Shown here piece after piece: positions 1 through 6,837 of a DNA stretch of 11,059 bases. Position numbers and translations under genes: made by a program. The notes beneath the pieces were generated by a model, which did no database searches, had not been told where the DNA came from, and saw nothing but the letters and a program-made list of their open reading frames with translations. This DNA is from a virus (taxonomy: Duplodnaviria; Heunggongvirae; Uroviricota; Caudoviricetes), in IMG/VR virus record IMGVR_UViG_2645727680_000003. One strand, 5' to 3'. Position 1 is the first letter of the stretch. Every line of letters starts with the position of its first letter.

Positions 1-1
1 T

Positions 2-1495
2 GCTCATCCGGAAGAAATCGACAGCATCGTGGCCATCACCCGCGATATTGCCATTCAGGAAGACCGCCACGAGCTGGGCAATGATATTACTCCGCGCTTT
101 AAGGCGGAGTATGTCGACGGCTCAAAAGGCACACCAACCAGCTATATCGCGACCTACATCGGAAAGAACCTGGACAGCCGCGCCGTGGATGGCATCGACC
201 CGAAAACGGGCAAGCCACGCGTTGACCACGAAACCGGAAAATCAATGGTCGAGAGTGTGGAGCGCGCCATCGGCTGGGCGCGCCTTCATCGGGTCCGCCA
301 GTTCCAGTTCTTTGGCATCCCCTCCCGTCAGGTGTGGCGTGAACTGCGCCGCCTTGCCAGCCAGATGGCACGCAACCCGGAAGGCCCGCAACGACTGAAA
401 GATGACGCAATGGATGCGGTACTCGCTGCCGCCGATGCCGGGTGTTTTGCCACCTACATTGAAAAACAGGGCGGCGTACTTGTTCCACGCAAAGACTACC
501 TGATTCGCACCGCCTACGACCTCGCAGATGAGCTGAATGATTACGGCGAACAGAGCGTACAGATTTACGGGATCTGGTCACCACTCATCGGGGAATCCTC
601 CCGTGTGTGCACGCATCCGGATAACTGGAAACTGGTAAGACGTAAACCGGAAACGGAAGACAGCGCCCGCGAAAATGGTTTTGACCTTCAGGGCGGCCCT
701 GCCGCCCCTTGGACTCGTGGCAATAACTGTCCCCGTGTACAGGAAACGGACAACAACGGGACAGAACAGCCGGAAGAACGGCCAGCACCGTGGCCGCAGC
801 TCCCTGACGGCGTTGAAGTGAACGAATGGATGCGCTCACTGAAACGGCACGAACGCCGGGCGCTGATGCGTTCGCTTCGTGACAAACAGGCAAAAAACAG
901 CAGTGATGAAATGCAGAGCTGGACACAGAGCCGCAAACAGCAGCGGCCTTTGCCTGATAACCACGAATTACTCGCTAAAGAATGGCGGGAATCTGCCGAA
1001 TCTCTCGGCCTGCATATCGGTGAACAGCAGATGCAGCACCTGTTACGGGGCGGCAGCCTGTACGTTGACGGCAGCATCATTGCACCGCAGGGATTTGAAA
1101 TTGTACGCAAACCGGATACCCGCCCGGACAGCCGAATCACGCAGCTCTGGCAGCGCCTGAGCCGTAACCACGGCGTAAGCAGCACGGAGATCCGCCATAA
1201 CCCGGTCGCCAGCTATCTGGAACAGCTGGGGGCATCAGACCCCGAAGCCGCCGCACGCCTGGCATCCACACTTCAGCAAGACCAGAACACCATGAAAACA
1301 CCCGTTACCGTGCTTTCTGACATGCTGCGCGCCATCCGCGACGCAGAGCACGCACAGAGAATCAGTGAAACCACTGAACGCGCCCGCCGCAAAGCAGACC
1401 TGCTGCGGGGTGGCCTGACCAGTGGAAACAAAAAACAGACAGAAACGGGATTCACAAATCCCGTAAATGAGCAAAAAACGCGCCGCGATATATGA
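2..1495 (+). CDS. Replication initiation protein, rolling-circle endonuclease (P2 gpA-like), 5'-partial; C-terminal ~250 aa is a Q/R-rich extension
   Basis: Reading frame is open from base 2 to the TGA at 1493-1495, so the gene starts upstream of the window. Contains SYIATYIGKNLD, a Y-x-x-x-Y-x-x-K motif like the paired catalytic tyrosines of P2 gpA-type initiators. Position directly upstream of the cargo/cos region matches P2 synteny. Family assignment is from recollection, not a search. Confidence 0.6.
   Translation, partial: AHPEEIDSIVAITRDIAIQEDRHELGNDITPRFKAEYVDGSKGTPTSYIATYIGKNLDSRAVDGIDPKTGKPRVDHETGKSMVESVERAIGWARLHRVRQFQFFGIPSRQVWRELRRLASQMARNPEGPQRLKDDAMDAVLAAADAGCFATYIEKQGGVLVPRKDYLIRTAYDLADELNDYGEQSVQIYGIWSPLIGESSRVCTHPDNWKLVRRKPETEDSARENGFDLQGGPAAPWTRGNNCPRVQETDNNGTEQPEERPAPWPQLPDGVEVNEWMRSLKRHERRALMRSLRDKQAKNSSDEMQSWTQSRKQQRPLPDNHELLAKEWRESAESLGLHIGEQQMQHLLRGGSLYVDGSIIAPQGFEIVRKPDTRPDSRITQLWQRLSRNHGVSSTEIRHNPVASYLEQLGASDPEAAARLASTLQQDQNTMKTPVTVLSDMLRAIRDAEHAQRISETTERARRKADLLRGGLTSGNKKQTETGFTNPVNEQKTRRDI
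1445..1464. promoter_or_regulatory. Perfect 8-bp inverted repeat ACGGGATT-N4-AATCCCGT (copy 1), inside the 3' end of the replication gene; candidate ParR operator/centromere half
   Basis: Read directly: ACGGGATT 1445-1452, spacer CACA, AATCCCGT 1457-1464. A second near-identical copy lies 73 bp downstream. Confidence 0.4.
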
Positions 1496-1517
1496 AGCGC
1501 GCATAAAACAGGCAAAA

Positions 1518-1537
1518 ACGGGATTTCAGAATCCCGT
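1518..1537. promoter_or_regulatory. Perfect 8-bp inverted repeat ACGGGATT-N4-AATCCCGT (copy 2), 35 bp upstream of the parM-like start; candidate operator/parC-like site
   Basis: Read directly: ACGGGATT 1518-1525, spacer TCAG, AATCCCGT 1530-1537. Flanks AAACGGGATT / AATCCCGTAAA are shared with copy 1. AT-rich TTAATTAAT follows at 1544-1552, a possible -10 region. Confidence 0.4.
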
Positions 1538-1571
1538 AAACGATTAATTAATCAACATAAGGAAAAGCGAC

Positions 1572-2490
1572 ATGAAAATTTGTATCGATGACGGCTCCAC
1601 CAACATCAAGCTGGCATGGACTGAGAACGGCGAACGCCGCAACGCCATCAGCCCGAACAGCTTCAAGTCGGAATGGTCTGCGCCGTTCGGTGGCACGCAG
1701 CCCGCGAACTACATGCTTGATGGCGTGCGCTATGGTTTTGATCCGGTCAGCGATCGCTTTGTCCAGACGACCGACACGCAATACCAGTACAGCGATGTGA
1801 ATGTCATTGCCATTCATCACGCGCTGGTCAAATCAGGCATCACACCACAGGAAGTGGATGTGGTTGTCACCCTGCCACTGAGCGAATATTTCGACACAAA
1901 CGCACAGCCGGACATGGCCAACATCAACCGCAAAAAAGCAAACGTCATGCGCCCGGTGGCGTACCAGAACGGAAAAGCATTCACTATCCGTAACGTACGG
2001 GTTATGCCTGAATCCATTCCGGCTGGTTTTAAAGCACTGGCTGACATGAGTCCGTTTGAATCCCTGCTGATTGTGGATTTAGGCGGAACCACGCTGGATG
2101 TGGCAAAGGTTCAGGGACAACTGGCAGGTATCAGCCAGGTGTTTTGCGATCCACACGTAGGCGTTTCCCTGATGGCCGATGCCGTACTGTCGGTGATGGC
2201 CACTAACGGTATGCGTACCAGTCACCACATCGCCAATACCATTATCGAACATCGCCATAATGAAGCCTGGCTGCGCCAGCACATCCACAATGACGCGCAT
2301 TACGACAGCCTGATGGCGGTTATTCGTGAAAAGGAAGAAACACTGAAACAACGCGTGATCCGCGCGCTGGCGGGNNNNNNNNNNNNNNNNNNNNNNNNNN
2401 GAAGCCTGCGGAGTTAATGCGACTTTCATCGCGGACGGGGTGCCACAGTTTGCTCTGGTTAATGGGCTGTACGCAATGGACAAGGAGTAA
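1572..2490 (+). CDS. parM: ParM/StbA-like actin-family plasmid segregation ATPase; interrupted by an N-run at 2375-2400
   Basis: N-terminus MKICIDDGSTNIKLAW..ISPNSFK..QYSDVNVIAIHHAL..VMPESIPAG..LLIVDLGGTTLD matches plasmid R1 ParM (MLVFIDDGSTNIKLQW..ISPNSFK..QYSDVNVVAVHHAL..VMPESIPAG..LLIIDLGGTTLD) as I remember it. RBS AAGGA 1559-1563, ATG 1572. After the gap the frame starting at 2401 reads EACGVNATFIADGVPQFALVNGLYAMDKE and stops at TAA 2488-2490, resembling the ParM C-terminus DLVNGMYLIGN. The ORF track's stop at 2417 is an artefact of reading through the Ns. Confidence 0.85.
2375..2400. other. Run of 26 N (assembly gap or masked bases) inside the parM-like gene
   Basis: Read directly from the sequence. 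Confidence 0.97.
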
Positions 2491-2494
2491 ACCA

Positions 2495-2806
2495 ATGACG
2501 ACACCAACCAGACGGATAAGTTTCTATCTGAAGCCCGCCGCCGTCAAGAACGAAGGCGAAGCATGCGCCTGGCTGGACAGCCTTACACCAGAAGCCCGCA
2601 AAAGTGGTCAACGTGTGGCTTTTCTGGCCGGACTGGCACTTATGAAAATTAATCCGGCAGAGGCTTACCGACTGGCTGCATGGGCTGACGATGAAGCGTT
2701 ATCCCTGACACAAACCAGGACAGAACGCCCCGTGTCACAGCCAGCACCAACCGCACAGATAACCAGTCAGATGGCCGGAAATATCCGGGCGTTATTTCCT
2801 GAATAA
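2495..2806 (+). CDS. parR: ParR/StbB-like DNA-binding adaptor (small ribbon-helix-helix-type partition protein)
   Basis: MTTPTRRISFYLKP...LDSLTPEARKSGQRVAFLAGLAL...NIRALFPE parallels R1 ParR (..RRTIAFKLNP...LDSIPQGERSRLNRAALTAGLAL...ILRSLFP) as I remember it. RBS AAGGAG 2482-2487, ATG 2495, overlapping the parM stop, which implies translational coupling. The upstream extension to 2417 in the ORF track has no RBS and overlaps the parM 3' end. Confidence 0.75.
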   Translation: MTTPTRRISFYLKPAAVKNEGEACAWLDSLTPEARKSGQRVAFLAGLALMKINPAEAYRLAAWADDEALSLTQTRTERPVSQPAPTAQITSQMAGNIRALFPE

Positions 2807-2814
2807 CACAACGT

Positions 2815-2832
2815 CAGGGCGGGTTCGCCCTG
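2815..2832. other. Hairpin CAGGGCG-GGTT-CGCCCTG immediately downstream of parR-like; shares the CAGGGCG...CGCCCTGCT arms with the hairpin at 3408-3433
   Basis: Read directly: 7-bp stem, 4-nt loop, no T-run after it. Confidence 0.5.
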
Positions 2833-2869
2833 CTCTCCACCTCAGAACATAAACAAGGAGAACGACATA

Positions 2870-3394
2870 ATGAGCGAAATCAACTATCAGGCATTACGTG
2901 AGGCGGCACAAAACTATCAATCGACGCTGGCGTGGTATGAGGCCACCACGGATAACCCAAATGCTGAGCAGGATTGTAGCGAAGCAGTGGCGGCGTTTAA
3001 GCGTCAAATCCGTCATCAGGAAATGGACATTATCGCCGAGCTGCTGGAAGAGCTGGAAACCAAAGACAACAGGATCGCTGAACTGGAAAAAATCGCCACT
3101 GAGCATGCACTGAAATTCCAGAAAGCACAGGACGCATTAAAGTATGCCGCTTTGCTGCATAGCCGAACGGCGCAACAAACCAATAATTTTGCAGTATTGC
3201 TTCCGGACATAAGCGAATATTTCATTAATAACGTATTTCAGCCCTTGCGATACGAGCGGGATGTTGAAAGAGCCATCATAAAGGCTGGCGGAAAAGCATT
3301 GTGGCAGGAGAAGCACGAGGAAAGAACGCATCAGCTAAGTGATGTAAATAGTGGATGGTTATGCCCACTGACAGAAGGTAAAAAGAACACCTGA
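2870..3394 (+). CDS. Hypothetical 174-aa protein with a central coiled-coil (EELETKDNRIAELEKIATEHALKFQKAQDALKY); N-terminus YQALREAA loosely recalls ead/Ea22-like prophage proteins (tentative)
   Basis: Clean ORF with RBS AAGGAG 2855-2860 and ATG 2870. Heptad-like charged/hydrophobic pattern in the middle. The 3' half is visibly AT-richer than neighbouring genes. No confident family assignment. Confidence 0.6.
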   Translation: MSEINYQALREAAQNYQSTLAWYEATTDNPNAEQDCSEAVAAFKRQIRHQEMDIIAELLEELETKDNRIAELEKIATEHALKFQKAQDALKYAALLHSRTAQQTNNFAVLLPDISEYFINNVFQPLRYERDVERAIIKAGGKALWQEKHEERTHQLSDVNSGWLCPLTEGKKNT

Positions 3395-3407
3395 TTTCCT
3401 CTCAAAC

Positions 3408-3433
3408 CAGGGCGATAATCGCGCATCGCCCTG
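3408..3433. other. Hairpin CAGGGCGAT-N8-ATCGCCCTG, 14 bp downstream of the orf174 stop
   Basis: Read directly: 9-bp perfect stem, 8-nt loop. Same arm motif as the hairpin at 2815-2832. Not followed directly by a T-run. Confidence 0.5.
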
Positions 3434-3434
3434 C

Positions 3435-3461
3435 TGCACAATAGTGCACAAATTTGCACAA
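3435..3461. repeat. Three direct TGCACAA repeats phased at exactly 10 bp, followed by T7 (3462-3468); a fourth TGCACAA at 3527-3533
   Basis: Read directly: TGCACAA at 3435-3441, 3445-3451 and 3455-3461. Helical-turn phasing suggests a protein-binding array. Confidence 0.6.
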
Positions 3462-3504
3462 TTTTTTTGAACGACTTTTTGCCCTTCCGGCCCCCGTGGC
3501 GGCT

Positions 3505-3523
3505 GGATCCGTCAAGGATCCGT
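3505..3523. repeat. Tandem GGATCCGT repeats 11 bp apart, adjacent to the TGCATGCA palindrome
   Basis: Read directly: GGATCCGT at 3505-3512 and 3516-3523. Confidence 0.5.
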
Positions 3524-3834
3524 GCATGCACAAAAAAACGCGCTTTTTCTGCGCGCAGGTGACGGGGGAACAGCCCGCGTTTCAGGGGGTAAATAGCGTT
3601 CCCTTAACAATGTCGCAGCGACACGACAGAATGGCCGTATTTCTCACGCTGAGCGTGAAAAATACGTGAGGGATTCTGATTTGATGGGGTGAAAGGTAAG
3701 GCCGTCAAAATCGCACTGAGGCGGCGAGAACATGCAGTCAACGCGGTGGGATTGCGTAAGAGTCTGACCGTCGATGGTGGCGATAAATTGGAAGGCGTCG
3801 TGAAATTATCTGACTGATACAGGAGCTGGAGAGT

Positions 3835-3859
3835 CGGGGCATAAATTTTTTATGCCCCG
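3835..3859. other. Palindromic hairpin CGGGGCATA-AATTTTT-TATGCCCCG, 27 bp beyond the 3' end of portal gene Q; possible terminator or structural element at the end of the leftward P-Q operon
   Basis: Read directly: 9-bp stem, 7-nt loop. No U-run follows on either strand, so it is not a canonical intrinsic terminator. Confidence 0.3.
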
Positions 3860-3885
3860 GCGAAGCAGCAGACAAGCGAAGCGCG

Positions 3886-4932
3886 TCAGGATGTGGGCTG
3901 GGTGTCTAACAGTGCGTAAGGGTTAAAACGGATAACCTCTTCGCCAAGCCAGTCATTGATGTGCTTCATGGCCTCCATGACTGGCATCAGCTCGTTAATT
4001 GCGTAAACCCGCGCGGCCTTCTCCACATCACCAAACGCACTTTTTTCACCCGGCATCGCCCCCATCAGTTGCGGCGGAACGCGGTGCGCAGCCAGCACAT
4101 CATCACGGGATGCCGCCTTAACATTCATGAATTCATCCTTTGCGGTGATCTGCTGGAACGGCAAAATTTGCACCCCCTCTTTGCCCCCGTTGGGCGCATG
4201 AATGAGCACGTTTTTAAACGCACCACCACCACGTGCCCCCTGTAACGTTTCTTTCAGGGAGTCCATGCTTTCGCGGTTTACCTGCGCTGCACCGATGTAG
4301 ATGATGCACCCGGCGTGGGATCCGTTGTCGTAATACAGTTTTCTGAACATGTCCGCCGAATGAGACAGGCTGGCCGAGAGTAATGCGCCGAGATATTCCG
4401 GCATGCCGTAGATTTCCTGGTTAATATCTGGATTCATCAGGTGGCACACTTTGCCAGGGCGAAACTGAAACGCGTCCTTACCATCCTGCACATACCACCA
4501 TGATTCAAGATCGCTTCCGCGTCGCATGTATTTCGCCAGGGCGTGCCGTAATTTAAGCGGTTCGCCGAGCATATTGCTTCGAAGCTCAAGGAATGCGTTA
4601 CCGAACACAAACCAGTCCAGCGCCAGCGCCGAGAAATCCTGCCGGGAAAGCAGCGGGTGTGGAATATAGCAACCGAGCAATACATTGCGCTTAAAGTAAA
4701 GCGCAGACTGATGCCAGGACGTTTGCCGGGCAGCTCTTGCCAGACCGTACCAGTCCACCGGGGTTTCATACCACCGCCCGTTATCAGCACAGTACATATT
4801 GTCCAGCAGGTCATGCCCGGTCAGGCGATAAGGACCATCAAATGTGAATGCACTGAGCGATGATTCTTTCCTGAGCGCATCAGCGAGATCAATGCGTGAA
4901 CTCATGCGCACTTTTTTATTTTTTCTGCTCAT
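3886..4932 (-). CDS. Q: Portal protein (P2 gpQ-like)
   Basis: 348-aa ORF, similar in size to P2 gpQ and in the expected place: downstream of and coupled to the large terminase gene (ATGA overlap at 4930-4934), adjacent to the predicted cos region. Family assignment by synteny and recollection. Confidence 0.8.
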   Translation of the reverse strand: MSRKNKKVRMSSRIDLADALRKESSLSAFTFDGPYRLTGHDLLDNMYCADNGRWYETPVDWYGLARAARQTSWHQSALYFKRNVLLGCYIPHPLLSRQDFSALALDWFVFGNAFLELRSNMLGEPLKLRHALAKYMRRGSDLESWWYVQDGKDAFQFRPGKVCHLMNPDINQEIYGMPEYLGALLSASLSHSADMFRKLYYDNGSHAGCIIYIGAAQVNRESMDSLKETLQGARGGGAFKNVLIHAPNGGKEGVQILPFQQITAKDEFMNVKAASRDDVLAAHRVPPQLMGAMPGEKSAFGDVEKAARVYAINELMPVMEAMKHINDWLGEEVIRFNPYALLDTQPTS

Positions 4933-6683
4933 CAGAACTCCATAACCGTGAAACGCTCGTTTTCTCCTTCGCCGCCAATTGGTTCGTTAATGACAGCAAG
5001 CATGGTTGCCCACGCAAGGTCGCCGTGGCTGATCCCCCTCGCGCGGTCCGTTTCGTAAGTGATAAAGCCGCCCGGTGTTTTCACCTTACGCACGGCGTTA
5101 AAGGCCGCGACCAGCTCGCGTTCGGCGCGATCGTATTCCCACCGCCCGGCACGCATTATTTGCAGCATTTTCAGTACCAGCGACCGTTTTGATGACAGCG
5201 TGAAGGTGTACGGAATAGCGGCAGGGAAAAACCGTTTCACTATCTGATAAACAGCCTCCCCGTTCCCGCCCGTCACATCAATGCCGATGTGTTCCACGTT
5301 GTAGCGACACGTGAACTCTTCAATGACTCTGGCCTGTTCTTCAAACTCCAGCCCCTGAACGCGTCGCGTCTCCACCGTTCGAAAACGGCCACCAGGAACA
5401 GACGGAGGAACCACCACGGACACAGCGCCGCTGTCGCCGTTGCCACTGCTGCCGTTTGCGTCATACCCAATCCATACCGGACGATTCCCCATCGGGCGGG
5501 GAGCAAAAGGTTTCCAGTCTTTCCAGTCGTCGTATCCGTCAACACCGCAGCCAATCAGGATATTCAGGTTAAATGCCGATTCCCCTTCGCGGACAAACTC
5601 ACACATATAGAGATTGAGGAACTCGTCTTCGGTGTTTTCATCACGAATTTCGTCGATATCGGTGTGTTTCCAGCCGTGATTAACCACATCTTCCAGCGTG
5701 ACAATTTGCCGCCACGTCCGGTCAGGGCAGATAAGCCCGTTATGCAGCGTTTTCCAGTCCACAGAAAAACGCTGGCGTTTATGCGTGGCCTTTTTCTCGT
5801 TCCAGCGGTCGCCGTTCCAGTAGGCGTATGCCTCGTGCGTTTCGGTGGATGGCGTGGAGAAGTAGGTGCGCCGCCGTCCGCTGAGGGTTGCCATAGCGCC
5901 AGCCACCTTGCGCAGTTCAGCAAAGCGACTGACCCAGAAAAATTCATCAAAATAAAAATTGCCCGTATAGGACTGTGCCGACGCAGCAGAAGTGCCGAGA
6001 AAATGCAGCTCTGCGCCGTTGGAGAGGATGATTTTATCGCCCCCTTTCAACTCCACATCAACTTCAGCCGCGGCCTTCTGAATAATGCTTTTAAACTGGA
6101 ACGCCTGACGACGCGACGCAGACAAAAAAATCTGGTTACGCTGGTAAGGTTGCGCCACATCGTCACGCAGCGCCATCAGCAGCGCTTCCTGTGCAAAATA
6201 CCAGGTCGCCCCAATCTGTCGGGATTTCAGGATCATCCTGTTACGTATCCCTGCTTCCCTGCAAAGGGTCAGGGAGTCAAACCAGCCCCGCTGATGCCAC
6301 TCCAGCCTGCTGATGATTTTTTCCCGCAGTGCGGCAATCTGTTCCGGCGTGAAATGATTTTTAAGCTTTTTCGCCCGGCCTTTCTTTCCTGTGGCCGTCG
6401 CATCCGGCTGGCCATCATGCAGTTTTTTAAGCTGCCGGGTCAGCAGGTCTATTTCCTTGAAGTCACCACCTGTTTTATTCTGTTTTTCAGTGAGCTGGAT
6501 GAGGCGCGCATCGATGGACTGCGTGACACGCTGCACGGGTGGCGTTTCATCCCACTGGTCGCGTTTTTTCCACGCATAAATCGTGTTCGGGTTTATTCCC
6601 ATCAGACGTGATATTTCTGCGGGCGGATAACCCTGCCAGTAAAGTTGCCGCGCACGCTGGCGCACAAAAGCGTCCTGAATCAT
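4932..6683 (-). CDS. P: Terminase large (ATPase) subunit (P2 gpP-like)
   Basis: 583-aa ORF, similar in size to P2 gpP. Divergent from the O-N-M-L block, as in P2. RBS GGGGGAG upstream of the ATG at 6683 on the minus strand. Confidence 0.85.
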   Translation of the reverse strand: MIQDAFVRQRARQLYWQGYPPAEISRLMGINPNTIYAWKKRDQWDETPPVQRVTQSIDARLIQLTEKQNKTGGDFKEIDLLTRQLKKLHDGQPDATATGKKGRAKKLKNHFTPEQIAALREKIISRLEWHQRGWFDSLTLCREAGIRNRMILKSRQIGATWYFAQEALLMALRDDVAQPYQRNQIFLSASRRQAFQFKSIIQKAAAEVDVELKGGDKIILSNGAELHFLGTSAASAQSYTGNFYFDEFFWVSRFAELRKVAGAMATLSGRRRTYFSTPSTETHEAYAYWNGDRWNEKKATHKRQRFSVDWKTLHNGLICPDRTWRQIVTLEDVVNHGWKHTDIDEIRDENTEDEFLNLYMCEFVREGESAFNLNILIGCGVDGYDDWKDWKPFAPRPMGNRPVWIGYDANGSSGNGDSGAVSVVVPPSVPGGRFRTVETRRVQGLEFEEQARVIEEFTCRYNVEHIGIDVTGGNGEAVYQIVKRFFPAAIPYTFTLSSKRSLVLKMLQIMRAGRWEYDRAERELVAAFNAVRKVKTPGGFITYETDRARGISHGDLAWATMLAVINEPIGGEGENERFTVMEF

Positions 6684-6837
6684 TGCTCCCCCTGAGTAAT
6701 TACAGGAAGATTACCCGCGCGCGAAACTGTTCTCCTTAACCCCCTGTTCTGGCCGTTTTCTTACAACAAAAGCCCTTTGTATCAGCCTGTTACGCTTTGC
6801 CATCATGACTGAAGAACCAGTCAGAGGGGCAAAAACT
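6684..6837. promoter_or_regulatory. Divergent intergenic region between P (leftward) and O (rightward); expected site of the P2-type late promoters
   Basis: 154 bp of non-coding sequence between divergent late operons. Contains an imperfect dyad, TGT 6745-6747 and ACA 6763-6765, with 15-bp spacing. The P2 Ogr-type site is TGT-N12-ACA, so this is not an exact match. Confidence 0.35.

Noticed and set aside
99-1185. Minus-strand ORFs (99-584, 585-926, 688-1185) and the short plus-strand ORFs 48-398 and 879-1160
   Set aside because: All are nested in or antisense to the replication initiator gene, and their Arg/Cys/Ser-rich composition is characteristic of out-of-frame translation of a GC-rich gene.
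2417-2494. Upstream extension of the ParR-like ORF (start at 2417)
   Set aside because: It has no ribosome-binding site and overlaps the ParM C-terminal coding region. The ATG at 2495 has a strong AAGGAG RBS and matches the expected ParR N-terminus.
2894-3331. Minus-strand ORFs antisense to orf174 (2894-3106, 3016-3225, 3137-3331)
   Set aside because: They are short and low-complexity (a poly-Ser run) with no RBS. The plus-strand ORF has a strong RBS and a coherent coiled-coil sequence.
3331-3669. Short ORFs in the cos-proximal non-coding region (3454-3669 plus strand, 3331-3531 minus strand)
   Set aside because: They have no RBS, are overlapped by repeat and palindrome structure, and are compositionally unlike coding sequence. 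The region is better explained as regulatory or packaging DNA.
3727-3746. GGCGGCGAGAACATGCAG as the cos cohesive-end sequence
   Set aside because: It is only weakly similar to the P2-type 19-mer as I recall it, and I cannot verify this without an alignment. It is reported only as a location prediction by synteny.
3835-3859. Hairpin after Q as a canonical rho-independent terminator
   Set aside because: The 9-bp stem is real, but no U-run follows on either strand (the T-run is in the loop). It is kept only as a possible structural element.
5289-6611. 440-aa plus-strand ORF
   Set aside because: It lies entirely antisense within the terminase large-subunit gene. It has no RBS and a low-complexity, R/P/F-rich composition typical of a spurious antisense reading frame.
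6805-6837. Earlier ATG for the scaffold gene
   Set aside because: No RBS precedes 6805, whereas 6838 is preceded by GAGGGG at the right spacing and gives an N-terminus matching P2 gpO.
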